IMG/VR virus record: IMGVR_UViG_3300024262_003767
Direction: 5' to 3' (one strand)
From: a virus
DNA length: 64,000 nucleotides
Position 1 is the first letter of the stretch, and every line of letters begins with the position of its first letter. The position numbers and the translations under genes were made by a program. The notes under the pieces are model-generated. The model made no database searches and was not told where the DNA came from. It was given only the letters and a program-made list of their open reading frames with translations. Shown one piece after another: positions 54,568 to 62,936 of this stretch.

Positions 54568-55134
54568 TTAATTTGATTTACTTACTTTAACTAAATTATC
54601 TGTGATAAATTCAGTTACAATTACTTGTGAATTTGTATCAATTTTTTCACCAGTTTCTGAAAGAGCGTCAATAGTTCTCAATGCGCCACGAATGGACATT
54701 TGAATTTTTCCTCTCTTATCTTTTCCTGGTATAACCAGATACACGGTTGCAGGTTGTTTCAATACATCATTTTTATCGATGTCATTTGGTGTTGCTTGAA
54801 GTTTTTTGAAACCGAACATAATAGATGCGAAGATGATAGTTAGAACTAAACCAGAACCAACCGAAATTATAATTGATAGCCAAGTATTATAACCTTGTTC
54901 AATGCAAAAAACACCTACCCAACCAAAGAATGCTAAAAAATTAATCAAACTTCTTAGAGTAAATGCTTCACCCATTATACCACTTGCACCATCAACATCA
55001 AAATCACCATCTACGTCACCTATACCATCAGCATCCATATCTGAATCCATTCCGAAAAAGGCAGAACCATTCAAAAATAAAAAAATCGCACCGAATACGA
55101 TTGCGATGATGTAAAATACTGTTAAAAGTGTCAT
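54568..55134 (-). CDS. YqiJ/NfeD-like membrane protein (TM helices + C-terminal OB-like domain)
   Basis: TM-acidic loop (DSDMDADGIGDVDGDFDVDG)-TM-TM, then KQPATVYLVIPGKDKRGKIQMSIRGALRTIDA; immediately upstream of the flotillin gene. Confidence 0.65.
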   Translation of the reverse strand: MTLLTVFYIIAIVFGAIFLFLNGSAFFGMDSDMDADGIGDVDGDFDVDGASGIMGEAFTLRSLINFLAFFGWVGVFCIEQGYNTWLSIIISVGSGLVLTIIFASIMFGFKKLQATPNDIDKNDVLKQPATVYLVIPGKDKRGKIQMSIRGALRTIDALSETGEKIDTNSQVIVTEFITDNLVKVSKSN

Positions 55135-55195
55135 TTGTGTTAATTTAGAGATTAAACTTAATTATTTATCTGTATTTCTTAGTAATCGAAAAATA

Positions 55196-55233
55196 AAAAG
55201 TTTAGAAATTTTAATTAAAATCACTAAACTTTT
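55196..55233 (-). terminator. Terminator between orf151 and the NfeD-flotillin pair
   Basis: aaaagtttag (55196-55205) pairs with ctaaactttt (55224-55233); 18-nt loop; T-rich tail on the minus strand. Confidence 0.5.
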
Positions 55234-55265
55234 ATACCCCATAAGGGTTTTTGATCACCTTTCAG

Positions 55266-55721
55266 TTATAAATTATATTTATCCATTTGATCCATTTGAT
55301 CTTTCACATTCTTTCTCAAATCATCCAAATTTGTGAGTTGTTGTCTTGGATGACGAATTTTCAGTCTATCAGATATTGCATCCAATATAAAAGGTTCTAT
55401 ATCTTGATATCCTTTATTTTCTACCATATCACTAATATCTTTTGGTAACCAAATTTGATAATATTTAAGTTCACTATCAAAATTTCCTCTTGCTTGCAAT
55501 CCTTGTATATTAGACATTCCTTGACGGTCTTTATTAATTTTTATCATCTTTTCAATACCTAGAACTTTTTTAAATCTACCATCTTTTTCTTCAATAAATT
55601 CAGGTCTTGCCACAAAAGCAAATAAGTCATGTTCTTTACTATTTGGATTCATATCAAATAGTTCTTGAAATACTTTTAAATCTTCTTCACTATATCCTTC
55701 AAAATATTTTAAATGTTCCAT
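55266..55721 (-). CDS. Hypothetical protein
   Basis: ORF track; ends MDKYNL. Confidence 0.5.
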   Translation of the reverse strand: MEHLKYFEGYSEEDLKVFQELFDMNPNSKEHDLFAFVARPEFIEEKDGRFKKVLGIEKMIKINKDRQGMSNIQGLQARGNFDSELKYYQIWLPKDISDMVENKGYQDIEPFILDAISDRLKIRHPRQQLTNLDDLRKNVKDQMDQMDKYNL

Positions 55722-56407
55722 TATATTACGTTTATTTCATTAGCCATACAAACTTCACCATAATCTTTGATAAGTTTGTCCATATCATCAAATGAGATAT
55801 ATGCAAATCCTTTTTTACCCCATTCTCTACCCCAAGAATTTTTAATTCTTATTAGTTTCTTTTTAACATTAACACCATCTAATAAATATGCGTGTCCGCC
55901 CATTTTATTTCCTGTTGGAGTTATAATACCTTCACTATTTGGAAAAAACATATCATAGTACCACCAAGTACCAACAACAACAGGACCTAATGTTAATAAT
56001 GCGTTTACTGTTGTGTCAATATCCCAAGCCCAATTATATCCATTAATATACCCTGCAGATTGTAAAACTTTAGCACCAGCTCTAACACTAGTTCCATCAT
56101 AATCTTCACCAGGCCAACGATCTATCTTTTGTGCTTCATTATATAAATATTCTGTATCATAAGGTGCTACTCCACCTTTTCTACTTGCTTTTTGTGTTAT
56201 TGGACCAGAGGCTAACCAATGTATCCAACTAAATGCAACACAATGAGGTTTATAACCTTGATTTCCCCACCATCCATTTGTCCACCAATATTTATAATCT
56301 ATACCTGGTAATTTTTTAGGTAGCATTGAACTAATTAGGAATTGATGATCCCTATCATCAGGTTTTATAAATCTACCTAATCTTGATTTTAATTGATTTT
56401 CATTCAT
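55721..56407 (-). CDS. Papain-like cysteine peptidase (C1 family)
   Basis: Catalytic-Cys context QGYKPHCVAFSW, His GGHAYLLDG, Asn/Trp IKNSWGREWGKKGFAYI. Confidence 0.7.
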   Translation of the reverse strand: MNENQLKSRLGRFIKPDDRDHQFLISSMLPKKLPGIDYKYWWTNGWWGNQGYKPHCVAFSWIHWLASGPITQKASRKGGVAPYDTEYLYNEAQKIDRWPGEDYDGTSVRAGAKVLQSAGYINGYNWAWDIDTTVNALLTLGPVVVGTWWYYDMFFPNSEGIITPTGNKMGGHAYLLDGVNVKKKLIRIKNSWGREWGKKGFAYISFDDMDKLIKDYGEVCMANEINVI

Positions 56408-56425
56408 AGAATGTGATTTTTATTC

Positions 56426-56433
56426 TATATATT
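56426..56433 (-). promoter_or_regulatory. TATATATT box
   Basis: 18 nt upstream of the C1 peptidase ATG at 56407; overlaps the stop of the M16 gene. Confidence 0.4.
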
Positions 56434-57583
56434 AAAATTCAGAATTATAAATGGATTTGTAAAATTTACCCCAATTAAAATACTTATCCATTGTTTGAAA
56501 TATATCATCAAGAGTTATCTTATGAATAAGGTGTTCCATACTCCAACATTCAGGTTCAATATATTTATTGACATTTGCGTGTCTTAATATGTCGTTCTTT
56601 TTTAGTTTAACTAAAAAATTATCTTTAATAATATCAAATCTATCTTGTGTCAAATAAATTTCTTTATTACTTAATACTTTACCTATTTCTTCTTGCAAAT
56701 GCTCTACATTCTTATTTGAAGTCTCAGTTAAGATTGTAACAACTGAAGATGTATTATTTAATTTTTGGTTAATACATTGAACATAATATGCTAATCCTGA
56801 TTTTTCTCTAATTTCTTGATATAGTGGAGAATTTAATCCAGAACCTAACATACTACAAGTATAACTAATTAATGGAAAATCTTCAGTTGCAACATTTGAA
56901 ATATTTATAATTGATTGTTTATTTTTATATTCGTTAATTAACTCTAACGGCACTAAACCTTCGGGTATAATGATATCATCATTAGTTCTAATTCCAAATG
57001 TTTCCGTTTCGATAAATTTGAATGGGGTATTTATAATACTATCTCTAAAATCAACATTAAAATCAAAATCATTGTTTTTAGATACATTAATTATCATTGT
57101 AGGTTTCTTATAGAAAAGATTTAAATATTCTTTACAATCATCTAAAGTGAAATTTTCTATATCACACCTTAATCCTATTGGGTGATAATAACCAAACATT
57201 TTTCTATTTAAATTTAGAAAATGGTTATTCATCTGTTCATTAAATGAATCTTTATATTCTTCCAAAACAATTTTTTTCTCATTTTCTAATTCTTCTTCTG
57301 TTGGATCATAAGATAGAATCAATTCTAGAAATTCATATTTATATTTATTAACATATTCATCCAATCCATTCATATAAAAAACTACTTCTGTATTAGATGT
57401 ATATGCGTTCCAAGCGACACCATATCTTTGAAAATCATCTTGTAAATGTTCAAATGACTTACAAATTAAATGCTCACAGATATGGGAGGCTCCAAATGTT
57501 CCAACTTTTTCTACCATTGTAGATCCATCAAATATTATATAAAATGAGGATAATTCTATTTCACTTTTAATGTTTTTTATCAT
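56432..57583 (-). CDS. M16 (pitrilysin-family) zinc peptidase
   Basis: Inverted zinc motif HxxEH in GASHICEHLICKS; GVAWNAYTSNTEVVFY; EKKIVLEEY. Confidence 0.7.
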   Translation of the reverse strand: MIKNIKSEIELSSFYIIFDGSTMVEKVGTFGASHICEHLICKSFEHLQDDFQRYGVAWNAYTSNTEVVFYMNGLDEYVNKYKYEFLELILSYDPTEEELENEKKIVLEEYKDSFNEQMNNHFLNLNRKMFGYYHPIGLRCDIENFTLDDCKEYLNLFYKKPTMIINVSKNNDFDFNVDFRDSIINTPFKFIETETFGIRTNDDIIIPEGLVPLELINEYKNKQSIINISNVATEDFPLISYTCSMLGSGLNSPLYQEIREKSGLAYYVQCINQKLNNTSSVVTILTETSNKNVEHLQEEIGKVLSNKEIYLTQDRFDIIKDNFLVKLKKNDILRHANVNKYIEPECWSMEHLIHKITLDDIFQTMDKYFNWGKFYKSIYNSEF

Positions 57584-57879
57584 AATATTCTTTTTAATTT
57601 TATTTTACGAATTCTTTTTTCTATTTCTCTTAATTGTTTATCTGATATTTCACCTTTATCTATCTTACTTAAATATACATCAAATAGTGCTTCATCAGGT
57701 TCTTTACCTGTATATCCTAAAACACAATGTTTAAAGGCTTCTAATATTTCTTCACCATTTTCAACCTTTTTAATGTCACCATGATGATTATAATACACAT
57801 CCCCATTATTTCTAAATTCGAGTAATGGTTTATCTATTCCATTAATTGTGAATACTACTCCTGGAGTTAATCCTATCAC
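57580..57879 (-). CDS. Hypothetical protein
   Basis: ORF track; 4-nt overlaps on both sides; ends EKRIRKIKLKRIL. Confidence 0.5.
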   Translation of the reverse strand: MIGLTPGVVFTINGIDKPLLEFRNNGDVYYNHHGDIKKVENGEEILEAFKHCVLGYTGKEPDEALFDVYLSKIDKGEISDKQLREIEKRIRKIKLKRIL

Positions 57880-58097
57880 ATACCTAATATTTTTTTATAA
57901 TATTCTGATTGAATATTTTTTAATGAGCCATATAATTTATCTAAAAAATCTATTCTATCTTCAAGATTATCTATTTCTTCATCTGAACCATCTGTTATTT
58001 TTTCATCAAGTTCATCTCTAGTCTTTTTTACTTCTTCCATTAAATCTTCTAAACTAATATAAGGTTTCCCATCATCCCCACGCATTGTTTTTAACAT
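57876..58097 (-). CDS. Small acidic hypothetical protein
   Basis: ORF track. Confidence 0.45.
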   Translation of the reverse strand: MLKTMRGDDGKPYISLEDLMEEVKKTRDELDEKITDGSDEEIDNLEDRIDFLDKLYGSLKNIQSEYYKKILGM

Positions 58098-58111
58098 ATA
58101 TTCTATTATTT

Positions 58112-61100
58112 TTAAAAATCTGTTATCAAAGATGATATCAAATTATCATTTTTCTTAACAGTTATTAATCCATCATAATTTATTGGATGAACATGCTCAA
58201 TTATAATAATTTTATCAATTTTATTTTTTATTTCGTCTAATAGTTCAATAAATTCCATAACAGATTTTTCATATAATTTGCCCATAATCTCATCAAGAAT
58301 AATAAAATTAGGTCTTGATTTTACATTAATTTGTCTTAATGCAATTTTTAATGTTAATGCACAAAATGTTCTTTCTTTACCTGATGATTCGATTGCATTT
58401 TGTGAAACATCTAATCTATCATCCATACTTAATTTTAAAATTAAATCATCATTAAAGAATAATGTAAAATCAACATTAGTCAATAAGTCGTTCAATTCTT
58501 TATTTATTAGATGTATAGATTTTTTTAGAAGATAAGTAGGAATACCGTCTCTGGATATACATCTCTGGTACTCTTTCATTAGTTCTTCTTGCTTTTTTTG
58601 TTGAATAAATTTCTCAATTCGTGATTGAATATCTTCTATTGATTTTTCTAATAATGCTATTTCTTTTTTAATTTCAGATATTACTATATATTTTTCATCA
58701 ATATTACTTTTCAATTCTAAAATATACACATCTTTATCATCAATGTCTAATTGAGTTTGTTTATTTTCCTCAATTTGTGATTCATACATTTTAAAATTAT
58801 TAATAGTTTGTTCTATTTCTTTAATCTTCAAAAGATAATTATCAATATTTAATGTTAGTTTTTCTTTTAAATTGACTTTATCTTTTCTTAGTTCGTAATT
58901 TTCTTTAATTTTTTCTTCATGTTGAATATCATCTTCAATAGATTCAATATTTAATGATTTTAACTCGTTTTCAAGATTTTTAATTACCGATAAATTGTCA
59001 TTTTTATCTTTATCTAATTTTTTCAATAACATTTTACCTTTATCAAATTTATTTTTTAATTCTTCATTAATTGATAAATCATTATTTTTTAATCTTTCAA
59101 TTAACGATTCAATCATTAATATTTCATTCTCAAGATATTTAGTATCTTGAAGAACGTTTAATTCTGATAATATTTCTTCGTCATATTCACCACTTGTTAA
59201 TTTATCTCGTTTTAATCTGAGAGTCTGAATTTTTTCCTCTAATTCGGGTATAATAGGTGTTAAATCTTTATATTCCTCAATTAAATCCTTTATTTTAATA
59301 GTATTAATTTCTATATCATGTTCTAATGTTTTAATCTTTTCTTGAATGTGTTCTAAATGATCGGGTGTAGATTCGTCATAATCTCTACCACATGCAGGAC
59401 AAAAACTTGAATTTTTAAATTCTTCAATTTCTTGAAGTTTCTCATCATTTCGTGATTTTAAATTTGAACCATCTTTTTTCAGATTTCTAATTTTATTTTC
59501 GAGATTAATTTTTTCAAGTTCATTCTTCTTTATCTCATCTTTAATTGATATTATTTTTGAGTTTATTATACTCAATTTTTCACTTTCAACATTAGAAATT
59601 TCTTTTTCTTTAATGTTAATTTTGTCTTTTAAATTATTAATTTCTTTATCTCTAAACTCTCTAAGTTTTTGTTTTACTTTATCAACCTTCGTATCAATTT
59701 CATTATTATTTGTTTTAACTGATGATATTTCTTCTTTTATTTTTGAAATTTTATCATTAGTTAATTTTAATTTATCTTTTAAATTGTTAAGTTTATCTGG
59801 CTCAAATTTAGAAGGTAATTCATTTATATCTCTATCATAGATACTTATTTGTACTTTATTATCATCAATCTTTTGATTATAATTTGATAATGTATTATTT
59901 GAAATATTCAGATCAAAATTGATCATCGATTCATCAATTTTATTTAATTTTTTAATTAAATTATCTCTTAAAGAATTTTCACTATCCAATTCTAATTTAA
60001 AATCTATAATCAATTTCTTTTGTTCTTTTATCGTATTTTTCTTCTCTTCTATTACATTTACGATTTCAGAAATCTCTTGCTCTGATTGACTAACATCAAC
60101 TATAATTTTTTCAATGTTGAGATCTTTTTTATAATCTTTATATTCATTTTGTTTCTTTTCAAAAATATCATAACCAGCATCTCTAATGATGCTATCCATA
60201 AACACACTTCTATCAGCAGATAAAAGTTCATTCAAATTATCTGCATTAGTTAATGATATTCTAACAAAATCTTTAAAATCACCAAGAATAAGATCTAATT
60301 TCTTTTGAGTTTGAGTTTTTCTTTCACCAGTTTGTTTATTCTTTTCTTTTATTTCTTCAGTATCATAATAGTCCACATTGGTAGAACAAGATTTTATTTC
60401 TCCACTTCTATTTTCATCTCGTTCAGTTTTTCTCAAAATTGTAATTTTTTCACCATCAATATCTAAAACAGCGCCACCTGAACATTTATTTAATTTTCGT
60501 TTATTGTTAATATATCTATTATCACCGTGTTTTTCTCTTTTTACGGTAGTTGTGGTTGTACCATAAAGAATATATGTTATAACATCTAAAATAGTAGTTT
60601 TTCCTTGTTGGTTTTCACCATGAATTTGTATGATACCATTTAAATCTTTCCAATCAATTTTATTTTTATCACCAAAAACTCTAAAATTATCAAACCAAAA
60701 TTTTTCAATTTTCCACTCAATGTTAGTTTTTTGTTCTTTAATCTCTAATCTATCATTAATTAAATCATCAATTTTTAAAATTTCATCAATATCATTTTTT
60801 TTATATCCTTGTTCTTCAAGATATTCTTTAAATATTTTACGTTGAGTTTCAACATTTGTTAAATCTAATGTTTCAGATAACATTTTAGATGAAACCATAT
60901 CTGTATAAATGTATGTTTTATCAAATTTTACTTTGGTTGAATCATATTTATTTTTAATAAAGTTTCGTATTTTTCTTTCATTTTCAGTATTGATGTTGGA
61001 ACTTAAATCTTTCCAATGCACTTTAAATTCAGGAAAATTTCCAATTCTTTCATTTGTGTGTAATGTCAAATTATCATAATCTTCACCTTCATTGATATAT

Positions 61101-61279
61101 AAATTGATAAATGTATATTCATTAAGAATATCTATTTCTTCAACTCTAAAGTCAGTTTTACTTTTTATATCCCAAACCAAAAATCCATGTTTATCAACAT
61201 CTTCACCAAATGATTGTTGAACTGGACTACCAGGGTAACCAATAGTTGGTATTTTTTTCTTTATTTTTATTTTAGACAT
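58112..61279 (-). CDS. Fusion protein: C-terminal fragment of Mre11/SbcD nuclease (aa 1-~187) + Rad50/SbcC SMC-like ATPase (aa ~188-1055)
   Basis: IGYPGSPVQQSFGEDVDKHGF (post-motif-V segment of SbcD); P-loop HGENQQGKTT at aa 220-229; CPACG zinc hook; very long coiled coils; Walker B FIILDEIMG. Confidence 0.85.
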   Translation of the reverse strand: MSKIKIKKKIPTIGYPGSPVQQSFGEDVDKHGFLVWDIKSKTDFRVEEIDILNEYTFINLYINEGEDYDNLTLHTNERIGNFPEFKVHWKDLSSNINTENERKIRNFIKNKYDSTKVKFDKTYIYTDMVSSKMLSETLDLTNVETQRKIFKEYLEEQGYKKNDIDEILKIDDLINDRLEIKEQKTNIEWKIEKFWFDNFRVFGDKNKIDWKDLNGIIQIHGENQQGKTTILDVITYILYGTTTTTVKREKHGDNRYINNKRKLNKCSGGAVLDIDGEKITILRKTERDENRSGEIKSCSTNVDYYDTEEIKEKNKQTGERKTQTQKKLDLILGDFKDFVRISLTNADNLNELLSADRSVFMDSIIRDAGYDIFEKKQNEYKDYKKDLNIEKIIVDVSQSEQEISEIVNVIEEKKNTIKEQKKLIIDFKLELDSENSLRDNLIKKLNKIDESMINFDLNISNNTLSNYNQKIDDNKVQISIYDRDINELPSKFEPDKLNNLKDKLKLTNDKISKIKEEISSVKTNNNEIDTKVDKVKQKLREFRDKEINNLKDKINIKEKEISNVESEKLSIINSKIISIKDEIKKNELEKINLENKIRNLKKDGSNLKSRNDEKLQEIEEFKNSSFCPACGRDYDESTPDHLEHIQEKIKTLEHDIEINTIKIKDLIEEYKDLTPIIPELEEKIQTLRLKRDKLTSGEYDEEILSELNVLQDTKYLENEILMIESLIERLKNNDLSINEELKNKFDKGKMLLKKLDKDKNDNLSVIKNLENELKSLNIESIEDDIQHEEKIKENYELRKDKVNLKEKLTLNIDNYLLKIKEIEQTINNFKMYESQIEENKQTQLDIDDKDVYILELKSNIDEKYIVISEIKKEIALLEKSIEDIQSRIEKFIQQKKQEELMKEYQRCISRDGIPTYLLKKSIHLINKELNDLLTNVDFTLFFNDDLILKLSMDDRLDVSQNAIESSGKERTFCALTLKIALRQINVKSRPNFIILDEIMGKLYEKSVMEFIELLDEIKNKIDKIIIIEHVHPINYDGLITVKKNDNLISSLITDF

Positions 61280-62148
61280 TTATTTAATTTTATTTTAAAT
61301 TCACCATTTAGAATATTGGTTTCCCAGAACCTTAAAATATTAAAATTATTAGATTTTGAAAGTTCATCTTTAAAAATATCATTTTCAATATTTAACATCT
61401 GAGTCTTATTTAATTCATTTATATTAAATATGTTGGGGTTAGCATGCCAATAATCACCATCTGCCTCAATAATTATATTTTTATCTATTAACATAAAATC
61501 ATATATTTTATATCTTAATTTACCATCAAGTTTATAGTATATTCTAAATTGTGGTTTATATTTTATTGATTTTTCATCTAAAAAATCACCTATAATTTTT
61601 TCTATTTTAGTTTTACTTTTTTTAAATAACCCTTTATGTGCGATTTCCGTCATACTTAAACCATATCTTTCAATGCAAGTATTATTAATTTTTTTTCTAC
61701 ATTCATCGTCTTTCCAATTATGTGTTGTACCATATCGTTCTAAGAACGTATTTTTTCTTTTTATTTTTGATTCAGGTTTCCATCCAAATGGAAATTCATT
61801 ATTTTGATTATATTCTAATTTAGATTTCCTAACTTTATTTTTATAATTTTCATCACTCCACAATTTTTTAGTTATTTTTGAATGTAAATCTTTACTTTCT
61901 TGTGTTTTTACCTTACCAAACATTGGATTTTTTTCACCAACATATATAATTTTTTTATGCTCATCACAACATTTCCTTGAGCAATATTTTTTATCATCAG
62001 ATACTAATACTTCAATATCAACTCCACAATTTATACAATAAATAATTTTTCTTTCAACCTTAGATTTCTTATAATCTTTATATTGACATTTCCTTGAACA
62101 ATATTTCTTATTATTATGTTTCTCACCACAAACTATACATTTTTTCAT
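61267..62148 (-). mobile_element. Free-standing homing-endonuclease-like gene inserted inside the mre11/sbcD coding region
   Basis: CIVCGE..CSRKC and CINCG..CSRKCC knuckles, NUMOD3-like GEKNPMFGK, ERYG repeats, Vsr/DUF559 core YDFMLID..IIIEADGDYWH; own TATATATA box at 62170. Confidence 0.65.
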
Positions 62149-62169
62149 AGATTTTTTGTTGTTTTATAG

Positions 62170-62177
62170 TATATATA
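62170..62177 (-). promoter_or_regulatory. TATATATA box
   Basis: 21 nt upstream of the endonuclease ATG at 62148, inside the split mre11 locus. Confidence 0.4.
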
Positions 62178-62191
62178 AAAATATAATACTA

Positions 62192-62848
62192 CTATTCTGA
62201 TAATATCCAACCATTTTTTAAATATTCATCTAAGTCTTTATCATCTATCTCCATTTCTACTTCTTTATATTTGAAAAACTGCCTTTTATGTATATCACCA
62301 AGAAAAAGAAAATCATTCTTTTTAAAATCATTAATACTCTTGTACATACTATCAGTAAAAAATTTACCTCTATCGGTAGAACTATTTTGTATAGGGTCAT
62401 GAAACAAACCTATATAAATTTGTTCTTTTTTCTTTGTTTGTCCAACCCAAGGATCATTTAATTTGTCAGGGTGATCATATACAACCCAAGATATATTACC
62501 TTCATCATAAATACCTGTTGTGTCATAATATGTCACATTAGGATTATCAATCAATTTAACTACAACCTTTATACTATCAGTTCTATTTAAATTTTTCTTA
62601 CGCAAATCGTGATTACCTCTTGTTATAATAACTTTGGCTATATGTGAAAGTTTGTTTAAAAATTCACCACCGAGTATTTTTGCTTCATTGGAAATTTCAA
62701 TAAAATTTTCAAATAAATCACCAACAATTACAATTTTTTCTGGTTGTCTTATTTTTAATTCGTTATATATTTTTTCAAATACTTCTCTATACTCATCATG
62801 TCTCTCTACATTTCTAATGTGTACATCTGCTAAATGTGCTATCTTCAT
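62192..62848 (-). CDS. N-terminal fragment of Mre11/SbcD nuclease (phosphoesterase motifs I-V)
   Basis: LADVHIR (I), IVGDLFE (II), TRGNHD (III), GLFHD (IV), LGDIHKRQ (V), then a 26-aa non-conserved tail and stop. Confidence 0.8.
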   Translation of the reverse strand: MKIAHLADVHIRNVERHDEYREVFEKIYNELKIRQPEKIVIVGDLFENFIEISNEAKILGGEFLNKLSHIAKVIITRGNHDLRKKNLNRTDSIKVVVKLIDNPNVTYYDTTGIYDEGNISWVVYDHPDKLNDPWVGQTKKKEQIYIGLFHDPIQNSSTDRGKFFTDSMYKSINDFKKNDFLFLGDIHKRQFFKYKEVEMEIDDKDLDEYLKNGWILSE

Positions 62849-62936
62849 TCAACTTCTTATTTTTTATTTAGAATAAATCTAATTATTATATGTTATACCC
62901 TTGAAATAGTTTAATGAAAAATAAATTATGAATTTT

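Noticed and set aside
55135-55190. Bacteroidota-type promoter (TAnnTTTG -7 box) upstream of the NfeD-flotillin pair, and TTTG upstream of pncA
   Set aside because: Only near-matches are present (TAAGTTTA; an isolated TTTG). In DNA this AT-rich, such 8-mers are expected by chance. This is noted only as a hint that these operons use a different promoter class from the TATATATA genes.
61267-62191. Group I intron or intein interpretation of the mre11 interruption
   Set aside because: The inserted ORF has its own promoter-like box and start codon. The upstream mre11 fragment ends in a stop, and the downstream fragment has its own ATG. I could not see intron-like paired elements flanking the ORF, and there are no intein splice motifs. 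A free-standing endonuclease insertion is the simpler reading, but splicing is not formally excluded without RNA data.
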